A DNA stretch of 64,000 nucleotides, taken from contig JBAYKW010000006.1 of NCBI GenBank assembly GCA_041664365.1, positions 7,286-71,285 on the forward strand. The letters run 5' to 3'. The notes under the pieces are model-generated. The model was given only the letters and a program-made list of their open reading frames with translations, was not told the origin of the DNA and did not search any database. Position 1 is the stretch's first letter. Each line of letters begins with the position of its first letter. Positions 44,552 to 54,143 of the stretch are shown in pieces. The position numbers and the translations under genes are program-made. This DNA is from Patescibacteria group bacterium (GTDB taxonomy: Bacteria; Patescibacteriota; Patescibacteriia; UM-FILTER-42-10).

Positions 44552-45757
44552 TTATTTATTGCTTTCTGCTAAGTATTGCTTTTTGGTTTCGATGATTGCC
44601 CCGAATGCCCAAATTGCTGTCAGTATATTGATGAACCATCCGATTATCGGGATAGAAGTGATTACATAAACAAATGTAACGCCGATAATCATGGCGAGTA
44701 ATAAAGAAAATGATTTGTCTTTTTTCTTCTTACCTTTAATATTCAGCAGCGCCCAACGGCCGATAAACAGTCCGACAAATATTTTACTGACGTATAATAG
44801 AATCATATAGATGACCATTACGATTATGGACAGCGGTATCCCGATAACAGTAAACAGCAGTATAAAGCATGCAATCGGAACTGTAATAACCAGTACTATC
44901 CCCCAGCCGAAACTTTTCAACGGCTCGGTTTGCATATAGTCTATTACTCTTACACTGCCTTTTTTCAGCATTGAAATAATAATCAAACCCACGATGAACA
45001 AACCGAAGATGCTGGTGATTTTAAAGAATGCCCCAGTTATTCCCGCGAGTTTAAAAAAGTCACTTTTATTGATCGGTTCTATGATTGATTCTTTTTGAAT
45101 TATTTCTCCGCCGACTACAGCCAGATCGGAAACATTCGGCTTATTTATACTTGAGTAGGAAAGATTACCGGCAATGTTTGCTTTTTCGGTCAAAGTGATA
45201 TTTCCATTTTCATCATTGGTATAAATATTCGCATTGCCACCGATTTTTGCGGCAATATAACTGGTGCTCGCTCCTCCGTCCACATGTCCGCCTACAGTGC
45301 CTTTCAGATTCATAGTTTCTGCGCCATACACCAGGCTCCAGCCGATTGAATTGGTCGGAGAAGTTGAAAAAGACTGGGCAAGCACATTGGTGTTTTTTCC
45401 GATTACCGCGTCTAGATTTACTGTGCTGCCGGCAACTCGGACATTCCCCATTACTTCGCCTTTGATGTTAATCGTGTTTCCCGCGGCAATCACATCACCC
45501 TGCACTACAGAATTAATAGTGATAGTAGTCCCGGCTACGATTATGTCGCCGTTAACCGGACCGTTGATTTCAATGTTTTCTCCAAAGCCGACAAAATTGT
45601 CATTAATTGTCTGATCCGAACCGATATAAATGTCTTTTTGGGTAAACATTTGCGTATCGGTAAATGCGGCAAGAGAAGTTTGGGGCTGGCTGAAAATAAT
45701 ACCCAAACTGGCTATAAAAACGACCGCAATTATAGAAAACCTTGTTCCACGTTTCAT
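44552..45757 (-). CDS. Membrane protein with N-terminal signal peptide, bactofilin-like (polymer-forming beta-helix) repeat region and C-terminal polytopic TM domain
   Basis: Repeats of G.V.G..I.AG.T..I-type segments (NGPVNGDIIVAGTTITINSVVQGDVIAAGNTINIKGEVMGNVRVAGSTVNL), then 4 or more TM helices. Confidence 0.4.
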   Translation of the reverse strand: MKRGTRFSIIAVVFIASLGIIFSQPQTSLAAFTDTQMFTQKDIYIGSDQTINDNFVGFGENIEINGPVNGDIIVAGTTITINSVVQGDVIAAGNTINIKGEVMGNVRVAGSTVNLDAVIGKNTNVLAQSFSTSPTNSIGWSLVYGAETMNLKGTVGGHVDGGASTSYIAAKIGGNANIYTNDENGNITLTEKANIAGNLSYSSINKPNVSDLAVVGGEIIQKESIIEPINKSDFFKLAGITGAFFKITSIFGLFIVGLIIISMLKKGSVRVIDYMQTEPLKSFGWGIVLVITVPIACFILLFTVIGIPLSIIVMVIYMILLYVSKIFVGLFIGRWALLNIKGKKKKDKSFSLLLAMIIGVTFVYVITSIPIIGWFINILTAIWAFGAIIETKKQYLAESNK

Positions 45758-45973
45758 ATTATAATATTAATGATTATACTCGCAATTATTGTAGCATTTT
45801 TCATTGGATTTATAAAGAGATCCAGGGGTGTTTGAATAATGTTTATAGATGTGCTAGCCTGGTAAGACAAACATGATCTAATTTTTCAACAATTTTCCAT
45901 AAACCTTCGCCTTATCTGCGCGCGGGTTTTATTTATTGCATTTTTAAGATATTATTCAAGTGAAAGGAAAAAT

Positions 45974-47269
45974 ATGAATACAAATGATTTAAGGGAAACA
46001 GACAAAATAGTCGCAGAAACACTGGAAAAAGAGCTCAACCGTCAACGCAACGGAATAGAGCTGATTGCTTCGGAGAATTTTGTCTCCCAAGCAGTGATGC
46101 GGGCTCTAGGCAGTATCGGCACTAATAAGTACTCGGAAGGGTATCCCAATAAGAGATACTATGGCGGTTGTAAATATGTGGATGAAATAGAAAGCCTGGC
46201 GATTGAGCGGGCGAAAAAGTTATTTAATGTTGATCATGCCAATGTACAACCCTACTCCGGTTCGCCGGCCAACCTGGCGGTTTATTACGCATTGTTGAAA
46301 CCGGGCGATACTGTCTTGGGCGCCAAACTCTCCTTCGGCGGACACATGACCCACGGCTTGAAGGTAAATTTTTCCGGCACGATCTATAACTCGGTTAATT
46401 ATACTTCCGATCAGAACGGCTATCTGGATTTTGATGAAATCCGCAGTCTGGCCAAGGAGCATAAACCTAAACTGATGATTGCCGGTTTCACTGCCTACCC
46501 CAGAATTATTGACTGGGATAAATTCCGGGAGATTGCGGACGAAGTCGGTGCGTTTTTGCTGGCGGACATTTCCCATATTGCCGGACTGATCATCGGCGGA
46601 CAGCATCCTTCGCCGACCAGAATCGCGGATGTTACCATGACCACTTCACATAAAACTTTGCGTGGACCGAGAGGAGCGATGATTCTATCCAACGGCACAG
46701 TTTCCAATTCCAACAAACCGGTGGAGCTGACCAAGGAAAATATCCCGACGCTGATTGACCGGGCTATTATCCCTGGTCTGCAGGGCGGACCGCATAACCA
46801 TACGACAGCGGCGATTGCCGTCGCGCTCAAAGAAGCGATGCAGCCGGATTTCAAGGAATACGCGAAGCAGATTGTGTTGAATGCGAAAGCTTTGGCCAAA
46901 TCTTTAATGGATGAAGGTATGGAACTGGTGACCGGCGGAACGGACAACCACTTGATGCTGGTTGACCTGACTAAAACGGGTATCACCGGCAAGGAAGCCG
47001 AAGTGGCGCTGGGAGAAGCCGAGATCTTTGTAAACAAAAATACCGTTCCCCACGATCTGCGCAAACCAACTGATCCGTCCGGCATCCGTCTGGGCACTCC
47101 GGCACTAACTACCCGCGGACTCAAAGAAAAAGACATGGAAATGATCGGACAGTTGATTGCTAAGGTGATAAAAAATGCTAACGATTCATCAGTGAAGGAC
47201 GAAATAAAAAAACAGGTGAAGGAACTGATGGATGAATATCCTTTGTATGAAGGTTTGAGTTATATCTAA
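45974..47269 (+). CDS. glyA: Serine hydroxymethyltransferase
   Basis: PLP-lysine motif [13 protein letters not shown]. Full length 431 aa. Confidence 0.95.
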   Translation: MNTNDLRETDKIVAETLEKELNRQRNGIELIASENFVSQAVMRALGSIGTNKYSEGYPNKRYYGGCKYVDEIESLAIERAKKLFNVDHANVQPYSGSPANLAVYYALLKPGDTVLGAKLSFGGHMTHGLKVNFSGTIYNSVNYTSDQNGYLDFDEIRSLAKEHKPKLMIAGFTAYPRIIDWDKFREIADEVGAFLLADISHIAGLIIGGQHPSPTRIADVTMTTSHKTLRGPRGAMILSNGTVSNSNKPVELTKENIPTLIDRAIIPGLQGGPHNHTTAAIAVALKEAMQPDFKEYAKQIVLNAKALAKSLMDEGMELVTGGTDNHLMLVDLTKTGITGKEAEVALGEAEIFVNKNTVPHDLRKPTDPSGIRLGTPALTTRGLKEKDMEMIGQLIAKVIKNANDSSVKDEIKKQVKELMDEYPLYEGLSYI

Positions 47270-47416
47270 AAAGTAAATTCGAAATTACAATTCCTAAATA
47301 CGAAATAATATTCAAATTACAATAATTAAAACAACATACTCTTTAATTCTAGAGTATGTAAAATAAAAAATTGTAATTTGTGATTTATTTAGAAATTAGA
47401 ATTTTGATCTTAGGAT

Positions 47417-48250
47417 TTGAAGCATATGGTAAAAATTATCAACGGCCGGAAACTGGCAGTCAGTATTCGCCGGAATCTGAAAAGAAAAATTGCAAAATCA
47501 AATATCCAGCCCGGACTGGCTGCTATTTTGGTCGGCAATGACCCGGCGTCGGAAACTTATGTCGGACTAAAGGAAAAAGCTTCCGCCGAGGTCGGTATCT
47601 ATTTTGAAAAATATCTGTTTCCTGCCAAAACTGCGCAGACAGCCATTATTCAAAAAGTAAAAGAACTGAATCGGGATAAAAAAATTCACGGAATTCTAGT
47701 GCAGTTACCACTGCCCGGTCGGTTGAATGAAAACAAAGTAATCCAGGCGATTGATGTCAGGAAAGATGCGGACGGGTTTCACGCGGAAAATGTAAAATTA
47801 TTTCTGAGAGGGAAATCCATTATACAACCCGGCCTGCCATATGGGATTGTAGTGCTTTTGGTAAGTACTCATATTTCACTGAAAAATAAACACGCACATA
47901 TTCTGGCGAAGAGCCCGATCTTCATCGGCCCTTTGAAAAAGATGCTGGAAGAAAAAGGGGTTAAGGTTACTTCAGGAAGAAAGATTATATCAGCAAAGGA
48001 TGCGGACATTGTAATTAGTGCTTTGGGGAAACCGCATTTTGTCCGAGCAAAACACATTAAAAAAGGCGTGATCATTATTGATGTCGGATACAATCGGAAA
48101 GGAAAAAAAGTTGTCGGTGATGTACATCCTTCGGTAATAAAAAAAGCCGGCTATCTTTCGCCGGTGCCGGGTGGGGTGGGTCCGATGACGGTCGCTTTGC
48201 TTCTGGAAAATACGTACCAGCTGGCAAAGCATATCAGGCGCCATTCATAA
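47417..48250 (+). CDS. folD: Bifunctional methylenetetrahydrofolate dehydrogenase / methenyl-THF cyclohydrolase
   Basis: FolD length and motifs (GILVQLPLP; PGGVGPMTVA). Confidence 0.9.
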   Translation: MKHMVKIINGRKLAVSIRRNLKRKIAKSNIQPGLAAILVGNDPASETYVGLKEKASAEVGIYFEKYLFPAKTAQTAIIQKVKELNRDKKIHGILVQLPLPGRLNENKVIQAIDVRKDADGFHAENVKLFLRGKSIIQPGLPYGIVVLLVSTHISLKNKHAHILAKSPIFIGPLKKMLEEKGVKVTSGRKIISAKDADIVISALGKPHFVRAKHIKKGVIIIDVGYNRKGKKVVGDVHPSVIKKAGYLSPVPGGVGPMTVALLLENTYQLAKHIRRHS

Positions 48251-48692
48251 TCCCTTTGACCCAATCCTTCCACTCACCGTTATTGTCATCTTCTGCTTGA
48301 AAGTGACGCCAAAATTCTTGTGGCTTCACCATTTTTATATTTTTGTATTCGCCAAGGAACAGAAGATCATTGTCTTCCGTCACAATGAATCCGGCCTTTC
48401 CATCGACCGCCGCTTCAATCAGTTTATTATCTTCCTTGTCCCATTTCACTACATTCACCCTGGTTTTGTGCGGGATGTGCTTTGATTTTCTGTAGAAATC
48501 CTCCAGTATCTCAAGATAGGCTTTTTCCCTGATCAATTCCCTTGATTTCTGTCTGTTTTCCTTCAGCAGGGAACGGTTAAAGACCGCCTGAAGCTTCATT
48601 TGCCGGCAGGCTTCAATAATCCGGAAGGAGTAGCTGGATTCGTCCTGCACCCCGGTGATTAATACGTTCGTGTCTAAAACTATTCTGATCAT
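48234..48692 (-). CDS. PIN-domain protein (VapC-like nuclease fold), no adjacent antitoxin gene
   Basis: Acidic residues in PIN positions: LDTNVLI (D6), E.., VTEDNDLL (D101/D103). Confidence 0.6.
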   Translation of the reverse strand: MIRIVLDTNVLITGVQDESSYSFRIIEACRQMKLQAVFNRSLLKENRQKSRELIREKAYLEILEDFYRKSKHIPHKTRVNVVKWDKEDNKLIEAAVDGKAGFIVTEDNDLLFLGEYKNIKMVKPQEFWRHFQAEDDNNGEWKDWVKGIMNGA

Positions 48693-48732
48693 GGTGTTAT
48701 TCTATAGGTCTTGTTACAAGTTAGCAAATATC

Positions 48733-48790
48733 TGGTATGATTGGGTGGTAAATGGTAATCGGCAATTCGTAATTGGTAATTGTATTCTAA
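48733..48790. repeat. Degenerate GGTAA-type tandem heptamers, second array
   Basis: CTGGTAT GATTGGGTGGTA AATGGTA ATCGGCA ATTCGTA ATTGGTA ATTGTA. Followed by the 24-bp perfect palindrome TAGCCGCGAATT|AATTCGCGGCTA at 48826-48849. Divergent promoter region between the PIN gene and ychF. Confidence 0.35.
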
Positions 48791-48889
48791 TATCCATGTT
48801 ACAATAATATGACTATTTACCAATTATAGCCGCGAATTAATTCGCGGCTAACCCTTACCCCTAAAACCTAATTCCTAACAACAACCACC

Positions 48890-49954
48890 ATGTCCTTCTC
48901 TATCGGAATCGTTGGTCTGCCGAATGTCGGAAAATCAACCCTATTTATCGCTTTAACCAAAAAACAGGTAGATGCGTCTAACTATCCTTTTTGTACGATC
49001 GAACCGAATGTTGGAGTAGTGGCAGTGCCGGATGATCGACTGGATAAACTAACTAAAATCTACAATTCAGAAAAAACTATTCATACAACCATAGAGTTTG
49101 TTGATATTGCCGGACTTGTAAAAGGTGCGGCTAAGGGCGAAGGTTTAGGTAATAAATTTTTGGCGCATATCCGGGAAGTGGATGCGATTGTGGAAGTAGT
49201 ACGTGATTTCAAAAACGACGACATTATTCATGTGAACGGAAAAATCGATCCGGAAGAGGATGTCGCGACCATTAATCTGGAACTGATTCTGGCTGATCTG
49301 GAAACTGTGAGTAAGCGGTTAGGACCACTCGAAAAACAAACCAAAGCATCAAAAGACAAGGACCTGTTAAAAAACGTAGAGGTACTGCAGAACCTGAAAA
49401 AGATTTTGGAAAGTGAACAGTTCGCTATAAGTATGGAAGTGAATAAAGAGGATATTAAGTATGTTAAGGAATTGAGCCTTTTAACCTATAAGCCGGTGCT
49501 ATATGTCTATAATGTTTCGGAAGACGAGATCAATACCCTGCGGGACAACCGCAAAACACCCAATCTGGCTATTTGTGCCAAACTGGAAGCGGAACTGGCG
49601 ACACTGCCCGAAGATGAAGTGAAAGAATACCTGGCGGAGATGAAAATAGAACAGACCGGACTAGAAAAACTAATTGTGGAATCATATAAAATGCTGGGGC
49701 TGGTTACCTTCCTGACCGCCGGTCCCAAAGAAACCCGCGCCTGGACAGTGAAAAAGGGAACGCTGGCTCCCCAGGCGGCCGGGGTAATCCATACCGATTT
49801 TGAAAAAGGCTTTGTCCGCGCGGAAGTGACCAACTGGCAGGATCTGGTGGAACAAGGCGGAGAACAGGGAGCGAAAGAAAAGGGCCTAATGCATCTGGAA
49901 GGCAAAGAATACGAGGTAAAAGACGGGGACACGATCTATTTCCGAATTGCCTAG
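48890..49954 (+). CDS. ychF: Ribosome-binding ATPase YchF (Obg-like GTPase family)
   Basis: G1 [17 protein letters not shown]-helical domain, C-terminal MoaD/ThiS-like domain. 354 aa. Confidence 0.9.
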   Translation: MSFSIGIVGLPNVGKSTLFIALTKKQVDASNYPFCTIEPNVGVVAVPDDRLDKLTKIYNSEKTIHTTIEFVDIAGLVKGAAKGEGLGNKFLAHIREVDAIVEVVRDFKNDDIIHVNGKIDPEEDVATINLELILADLETVSKRLGPLEKQTKASKDKDLLKNVEVLQNLKKILESEQFAISMEVNKEDIKYVKELSLLTYKPVLYVYNVSEDEINTLRDNRKTPNLAICAKLEAELATLPEDEVKEYLAEMKIEQTGLEKLIVESYKMLGLVTFLTAGPKETRAWTVKKGTLAPQAAGVIHTDFEKGFVRAEVTNWQDLVEQGGEQGAKEKGLMHLEGKEYEVKDGDTIYFRIA

Positions 49955-50027
49955 TTGCTTTACTCGTCTAAAGTATGATAATATAAAAACAGGGTCACTA
50001 ATGAGTCACTTCTTCTGAGGAGTCGGC

Positions 50028-50198
50028 ATGGACGACGACACAACCAAGCGAACATCTGCTCCGCACAAGAAGAGGTATGTCCCTCCCCCCGCAACCAAGA
50101 ACGGTCTGTTGACCAGAAAGGGGGCCATCGTGCTCCAGTCCCGCAGGGAAGCTCCCCGTACGAGGAAGTTCATGGTTGCCGAGTCAGCTATAAGCTAG
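50028..50198 (+). CDS. Hypothetical 56-aa basic protein (below the ORF-track cutoff), GC-rich mini-island 5
   Basis: SD GAGGAG 6 nt before the ATG. MDDDTTKRTSAPHKKRYVPPPATKNGLLTRKGAIVLQSRREAPRTRKFMVAESAIS. About 60% GC. Confidence 0.3.
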   Translation: MDDDTTKRTSAPHKKRYVPPPATKNGLLTRKGAIVLQSRREAPRTRKFMVAESAIS

Positions 50199-50523
50199 AG
50201 AGGGGGTGATCATATCTCTCTCAAGGGTAGGCGAGAGCCTAAATCTAACCCTTGGGAGTACGAAGGGAGGTGATCCCGTCAGATCGTTTTCATGACCACA
50301 GGTCGTGTTTCAATACTCATGCGCCGAGGCTTATCTGGGAGGGAAGCTTCGGCATTTTTTCTAAATAAATAAAATTTACGGACCACAAAGCGTGGTTTTT
50401 TTGATTAAAAATCCAAATATTTTATTGAGATTCAAAGCGATAGATATTGACAATCTGATGGTTCTTGCTAATATATTGGACTGGTCGCACATTCACAGTA
50501 AAACGAGTGGAGGAGGTGATGCA

Positions 50524-50757
50524 ATGTCACCCAACGATGAGCATGAGTTGAATTCTCACATCTTCAAGGCCAAGTCCATGCAGGAACTCTATAGTCGCAT
50601 GGGAGCCTGGCGGAAGATACGCAGGAGAACCTTTCTCTTTATCAGCATCGAACAAAACGGTGATATGTTCCGTGCTATCGCACTGACCGATCCGAGTGAG
50701 GTGGTAAATACCAGCATGGATGGTAATAGCCATGCCGATGTCACCGAACTCAAATAA
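50524..50757 (+). CDS. Hypothetical 77-aa protein (MSPNDEHELNSH..), own promoter TTGACA-N16-TAATAT at 50448-50475
   Basis: SD GGAGGAGG 7 nt before the ATG. The track ORF start at 50392 lies in an AT-rich promoter region and is probably not used. Terminator ACCACaaagcGTGGT-T7 at ~50380-50405 ends the preceding unit. Confidence 0.35.
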   Translation: MSPNDEHELNSHIFKAKSMQELYSRMGAWRKIRRRTFLFISIEQNGDMFRAIALTDPSEVVNTSMDGNSHADVTELK

Positions 50758-50968
50758 TTGGGCACTAGATAAGAGGATCTATCTACACGGCAATAGACCC
50801 TCTTTTTTCTTTGCAAAAAATTTGCCAGCATTATTAATAATCACATATTTGGCCACTGCAATGTGGTTTTTTGATATCCGTTCAACAAAGAGATCTTATA
50901 AATTAGACAAAAATATGGATATTGACTAGTATGAAAATAGCTTTCGTCTTTCCTTACCGGATTGCAAA

Positions 50969-51199
50969 GTGTGGTCAGCAGACGAGGAGGTGAGCGGAGT
51001 GAATCTCAGCACCTTCACCAGAATGGCAATGGGCCCTGCCCGTGATGATGCGGTTGCTGCGGCATATCGTCAACTCTGGCGCTCGGCTGATCGGGATGCG
51101 GCATTAGACGTACTACACTTCCACCGGCATATGCTGGGATGGCAGCTCTTCATCGAAGATTCCGTTCCCGTTCGGGAAAAGGCAAAACGACCCGCCTAA
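50969..51199 (+). CDS. Hypothetical small protein (likely start at GTG 50999 after the GAGGAGG SD, or at ATG 51023)
   Basis: GC-rich. Followed by terminator AAACGACCcgcctaaagaGGTCGTTTTTTT (51185-51215). Confidence 0.35.
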   Translation: MWSADEEVSGVNLSTFTRMAMGPARDDAVAAAYRQLWRSADRDAALDVLHFHRHMLGWQLFIEDSVPVREKAKRPA

Positions 51200-51330
51200 A
51201 GAGGTCGTTTTTTTAAAATGTTTTTTTGACGGCAATATCAAATAAATCACAAATGATTCTGTTACTTAACTAAAAATCTTAGCCACGCTAGGATTTTTAG
51301 TATTCACGATAGTGAAGATGCATTGATATT

Positions 51331-52083
51331 TTATTGAGGGAAACTAATATTTACGACATCATTTTTGTAATAGAAGTCGATCCAACGGCCACTATAGCTT
51401 GATTGTATTGGAGAATTATTTAAAGTCAATTTATACCAAATATCTTGTTGTTCTGATTGGTAGGTAAGATAAAAATTTGATTTGAATGGATTATTCAAAG
51501 TTAGTATTCTTTCTACATCTTCTGTACATGCTTCTCGTTGTCCGCCATCACCACAAAATGCGTCATAGCTTTGTGTTATTTGTATTTCTCCAACTTTTCT
51601 ATTAGCTAAATAAGCTCGGGCATAAAATTTGCCAGTTAATTGGTCACCATTGCTATCTTCTGTTAAATCAACCTCTAGGGATATTTTTATTTGATCACAG
51701 TTATTACCATATTGTGAACATATAGGCGACATATACTCATTTACTTGAACTGTTTCCCCGGCGATATATGATGAGTTATCTTGTATGTCAATATTGCCAT
51801 TAGTGGTGGGTTGATTTACGTTTGTATTTACTACTTGGTTTGTGTTTGTATTAGCAGTATTATTTATATTTGAATTTAAAGATGTGTTAGCGTTTACAAT
51901 AACTGAATTTGTATTTGTGGTAATCGTGTTTGTATTTTCAGTATCACTCTGAGATACAAAATACCATATTAAACCACCACCGATCAAAACGGCCACTGCT
52001 ATTATGGAAACCATTAATACTGGTGCAATTCCTCTTTTATTTATCATACTTGTTGATATTAATTTTAATTTCTTACTTATCAA
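51331..52083 (-). CDS. Hypothetical membrane-anchored protein with N/T-rich low-complexity region
   Basis: N-terminal TM anchor (IAPVLMVSIIAVAVLIGGGLIWYFV), then an N/T-rich low-complexity region and a C-terminal globular domain with conserved Cys residues. Confidence 0.45.
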   Translation of the reverse strand: MISKKLKLISTSMINKRGIAPVLMVSIIAVAVLIGGGLIWYFVSQSDTENTNTITTNTNSVIVNANTSLNSNINNTANTNTNQVVNTNVNQPTTNGNIDIQDNSSYIAGETVQVNEYMSPICSQYGNNCDQIKISLEVDLTEDSNGDQLTGKFYARAYLANRKVGEIQITQSYDAFCGDGGQREACTEDVERILTLNNPFKSNFYLTYQSEQQDIWYKLTLNNSPIQSSYSGRWIDFYYKNDVVNISFPQ

Positions 52084-52188
52084 ATTATATCACAGACAAA
52101 ATGCGATGTCTTGTCATAAACAAAAAAATGCATCAAAAAAAGTTCGGTTTAATATCTGTCAATTCGGGGTTAGTTCTTATGACTGTCT

Positions 52189-52287
52189 GCAGAGCAAGCT
52201 CTGCACCTACATTGTATTTTGAATGAAATATTACATTTTGGTGTAGGTGGCGAGTTTGCCAGATGCAGTTATTCGCAACTGCACGGG
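52189..52287. repeat. Structured repeat R5, copy 1 (three consecutive hairpins)
   Basis: GCAGAGCaaGCTCTGC; CCTACATTGTATTTTGAATGAAATATTACATTTTGGTGTAGG; GGCGAG-ttgcc...GCTCGCC. Copy 2 at 56036-56114 is about 90% identical over the first 70 nt. A partial copy lies at 26587-26615. Confidence 0.5.
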
Positions 52288-52311
52288 CTTGCTCGCCTAA
52301 CTATTATTCAG

Positions 52312-52557
52312 CTAATGTTTGCGTGTACTCTTATATTTTTCTATACGATAAATTAATATATACGCAATAAAAATTGGAATGAATAATTTAAATGAGAGAT
52401 AATATCTAAAACTAAAAACATCATGCAAGAAATCGCCAATAACGTCACCTAATAAAACGATAAATCCCGCAGTTAAACCAATACGCAATTCACTTATAAT
52501 AGTTGATTTCTCTGAATCAAATTTTGATTTATCCATTTTTTTGAAAAAGTAATACAC
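52312..52557 (-). CDS. Small 2-TM membrane protein
   Basis: 81 aa, hydrophobic helices. Low confidence. Confidence 0.3.
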   Translation of the reverse strand: MYYFFKKMDKSKFDSEKSTIISELRIGLTAGFIVLLGDVIGDFLHDVFSFRYYLSFKLFIPIFIAYILIYRIEKYKSTRKH

Positions 52558-52568
52558 TTAATTTGTAG

Positions 52569-54143
52569 CTATTTACTTTTCTTTTTAATAATTTTTATTA
52601 TACCTTTATTTGCGTTAACTTCTACTAAATCACCGTCATTTAAAACACTGGTTGCTATTTTAGTTCCGATAACGCATGGTTTTTTTAATTCTCTGGCAAT
52701 GATCGCCGCGTGGCAAGTTAACCCTCCATCATCAGTAATAATAGCGCTTGAGTTAAAAATAGCCGGCATGTATTTGGGGCTGGTCATGCCTGCAACTAGA
52801 ATATCGCCTTTTTTTACTTTCCCAACTTCGCTGGCATTGTGTATGATTTTTACTGTCCCGGTAACCATGCCGGTTGATGCTATAGTGCCTTTGATAGAAT
52901 TGCCGGGCACATTTCTTAATGGCTGGTTGCTGTTTTTGAAAACATTTTCTCTTTGCTTGCGTGCTTCTTTACCTAAATAATACTGTTTTACCCCCACAGA
53001 TCCGGGTGAGGCAAAGGCTGCACAAAATTTTTGTTTTTTTTGGGTGTATTGCGGAGTGATTTTATTTTTCTCATTTAACAACTTATTTAATTCATCGTCC
53101 CATAAATATTGAACATCTGTTTTTGTTAGTCCTGCCCGTTTTGAGACCTCTTGATAAAAATTACTGAAGCAATAATGGATATAGTCATCTGTTACGTTTC
53201 TCAAATCTTTGGTATAAGAAATCATTTCCAGTGCGTAAAAAACTTGTTTTTCTTTTTCCTTAAATTTGCAAATTTTGCGAATTTCTTTTTTTGTCGGTAG
53301 CTTTGATTGTATGTAATCCCTTGATTGCAGTAATTCTTTTACAGCCGTTTTATAATTTAAGGCAGGTCCTGTGTAATTAAAACCAACCCAGCAGTATTTA
53401 TTGATAAATCTTTTTATTTCCGCATAAAGCTCCGGATGGTTGCTCATTAGAAATTTTTCACTTCTGTACCCACTCAAAAATTTCTTATATTTTTTTGATA
53501 ATTTTGCAATAACTTTTTCCTTCTCTTGGTAAATAGTTGTGTCATCCGGGACAATAAGGATACCTAATGCCTGGTCGGGGGAAATATTTATTTTATTGAG
53601 CGCCGCACTATATTTATTGATAATTGTTTTAGCGTCACTTTGTAATACAGGAGTACACCATGTTATAAATCCATAAATGTATGATAGGACATATTTATTG
53701 ACGGAATTGGTGTATATTTTTAAAATTTGCTTGTTATTAAATTTTTTCCAATGTTCATTGTCGAATGCCATAGCCGAAATTTTTGCATCATGGCATTTCC
53801 GTTTTAATTTTATTAAATGCTTATTGAGTTTAGATTTTGAATATAATATTTCAGTCGCCCGCTTAATAGCTAAACGATATTCTTTTCCGTGGAGATAAAA
53901 TTCTACATTGTTATCATACCAAAAACATGCAGACGGAATGCCTGCACCGTAAATTTTTTCATTTTCTTTGCTCAGGGCGCTAAATTTTATCTTATACCAA
54001 ACAGGCAAAGGAGGTATGTCAGGTCTTTTAGTTAGTAAAAACCATTCAGTATTAACCGCCTCATTAATTAATCGGTCGATTTTGGAGGTTTTGATCAAAA
54101 TATTTTTATTCTTGCTTTGTGATTTCGTTTGCGCCGAAATCAA
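52569..54143 (-). CDS. PEP-utilizing enzyme mobile-domain protein (PEP synthase / PPDK-like C-terminus)
   Basis: C-terminal phosphohistidine domain GGLTCHAAIIARELKKPCVIGT. N-terminal region of unclear homology. Confidence 0.6.
   Translation of the reverse strand: MISAQTKSQSKNKNILIKTSKIDRLINEAVNTEWFLLTKRPDIPPLPVWYKIKFSALSKENEKIYGAGIPSACFWYDNNVEFYLHGKEYRLAIKRATEILYSKSKLNKHLIKLKRKCHDAKISAMAFDNEHWKKFNNKQILKIYTNSVNKYVLSYIYGFITWCTPVLQSDAKTIINKYSAALNKINISPDQALGILIVPDDTTIYQEKEKVIAKLSKKYKKFLSGYRSEKFLMSNHPELYAEIKRFINKYCWVGFNYTGPALNYKTAVKELLQSRDYIQSKLPTKKEIRKICKFKEKEKQVFYALEMISYTKDLRNVTDDYIHYCFSNFYQEVSKRAGLTKTDVQYLWDDELNKLLNEKNKITPQYTQKKQKFCAAFASPGSVGVKQYYLGKEARKQRENVFKNSNQPLRNVPGNSIKGTIASTGMVTGTVKIIHNASEVGKVKKGDILVAGMTSPKYMPAIFNSSAIITDDGGLTCHAAIIARELKKPCVIGTKIATSVLNDGDLVEVNANKGIIKIIKKKSK

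Noticed and set aside
50392-50523. N-terminal 44 codons of track ORF 50392..50757
   Set aside because: They coincide with an AT-rich promoter (TTGACA-N16-TAATAT). The strong SD GGAGGAGG sits immediately before the internal ATG at 50524.
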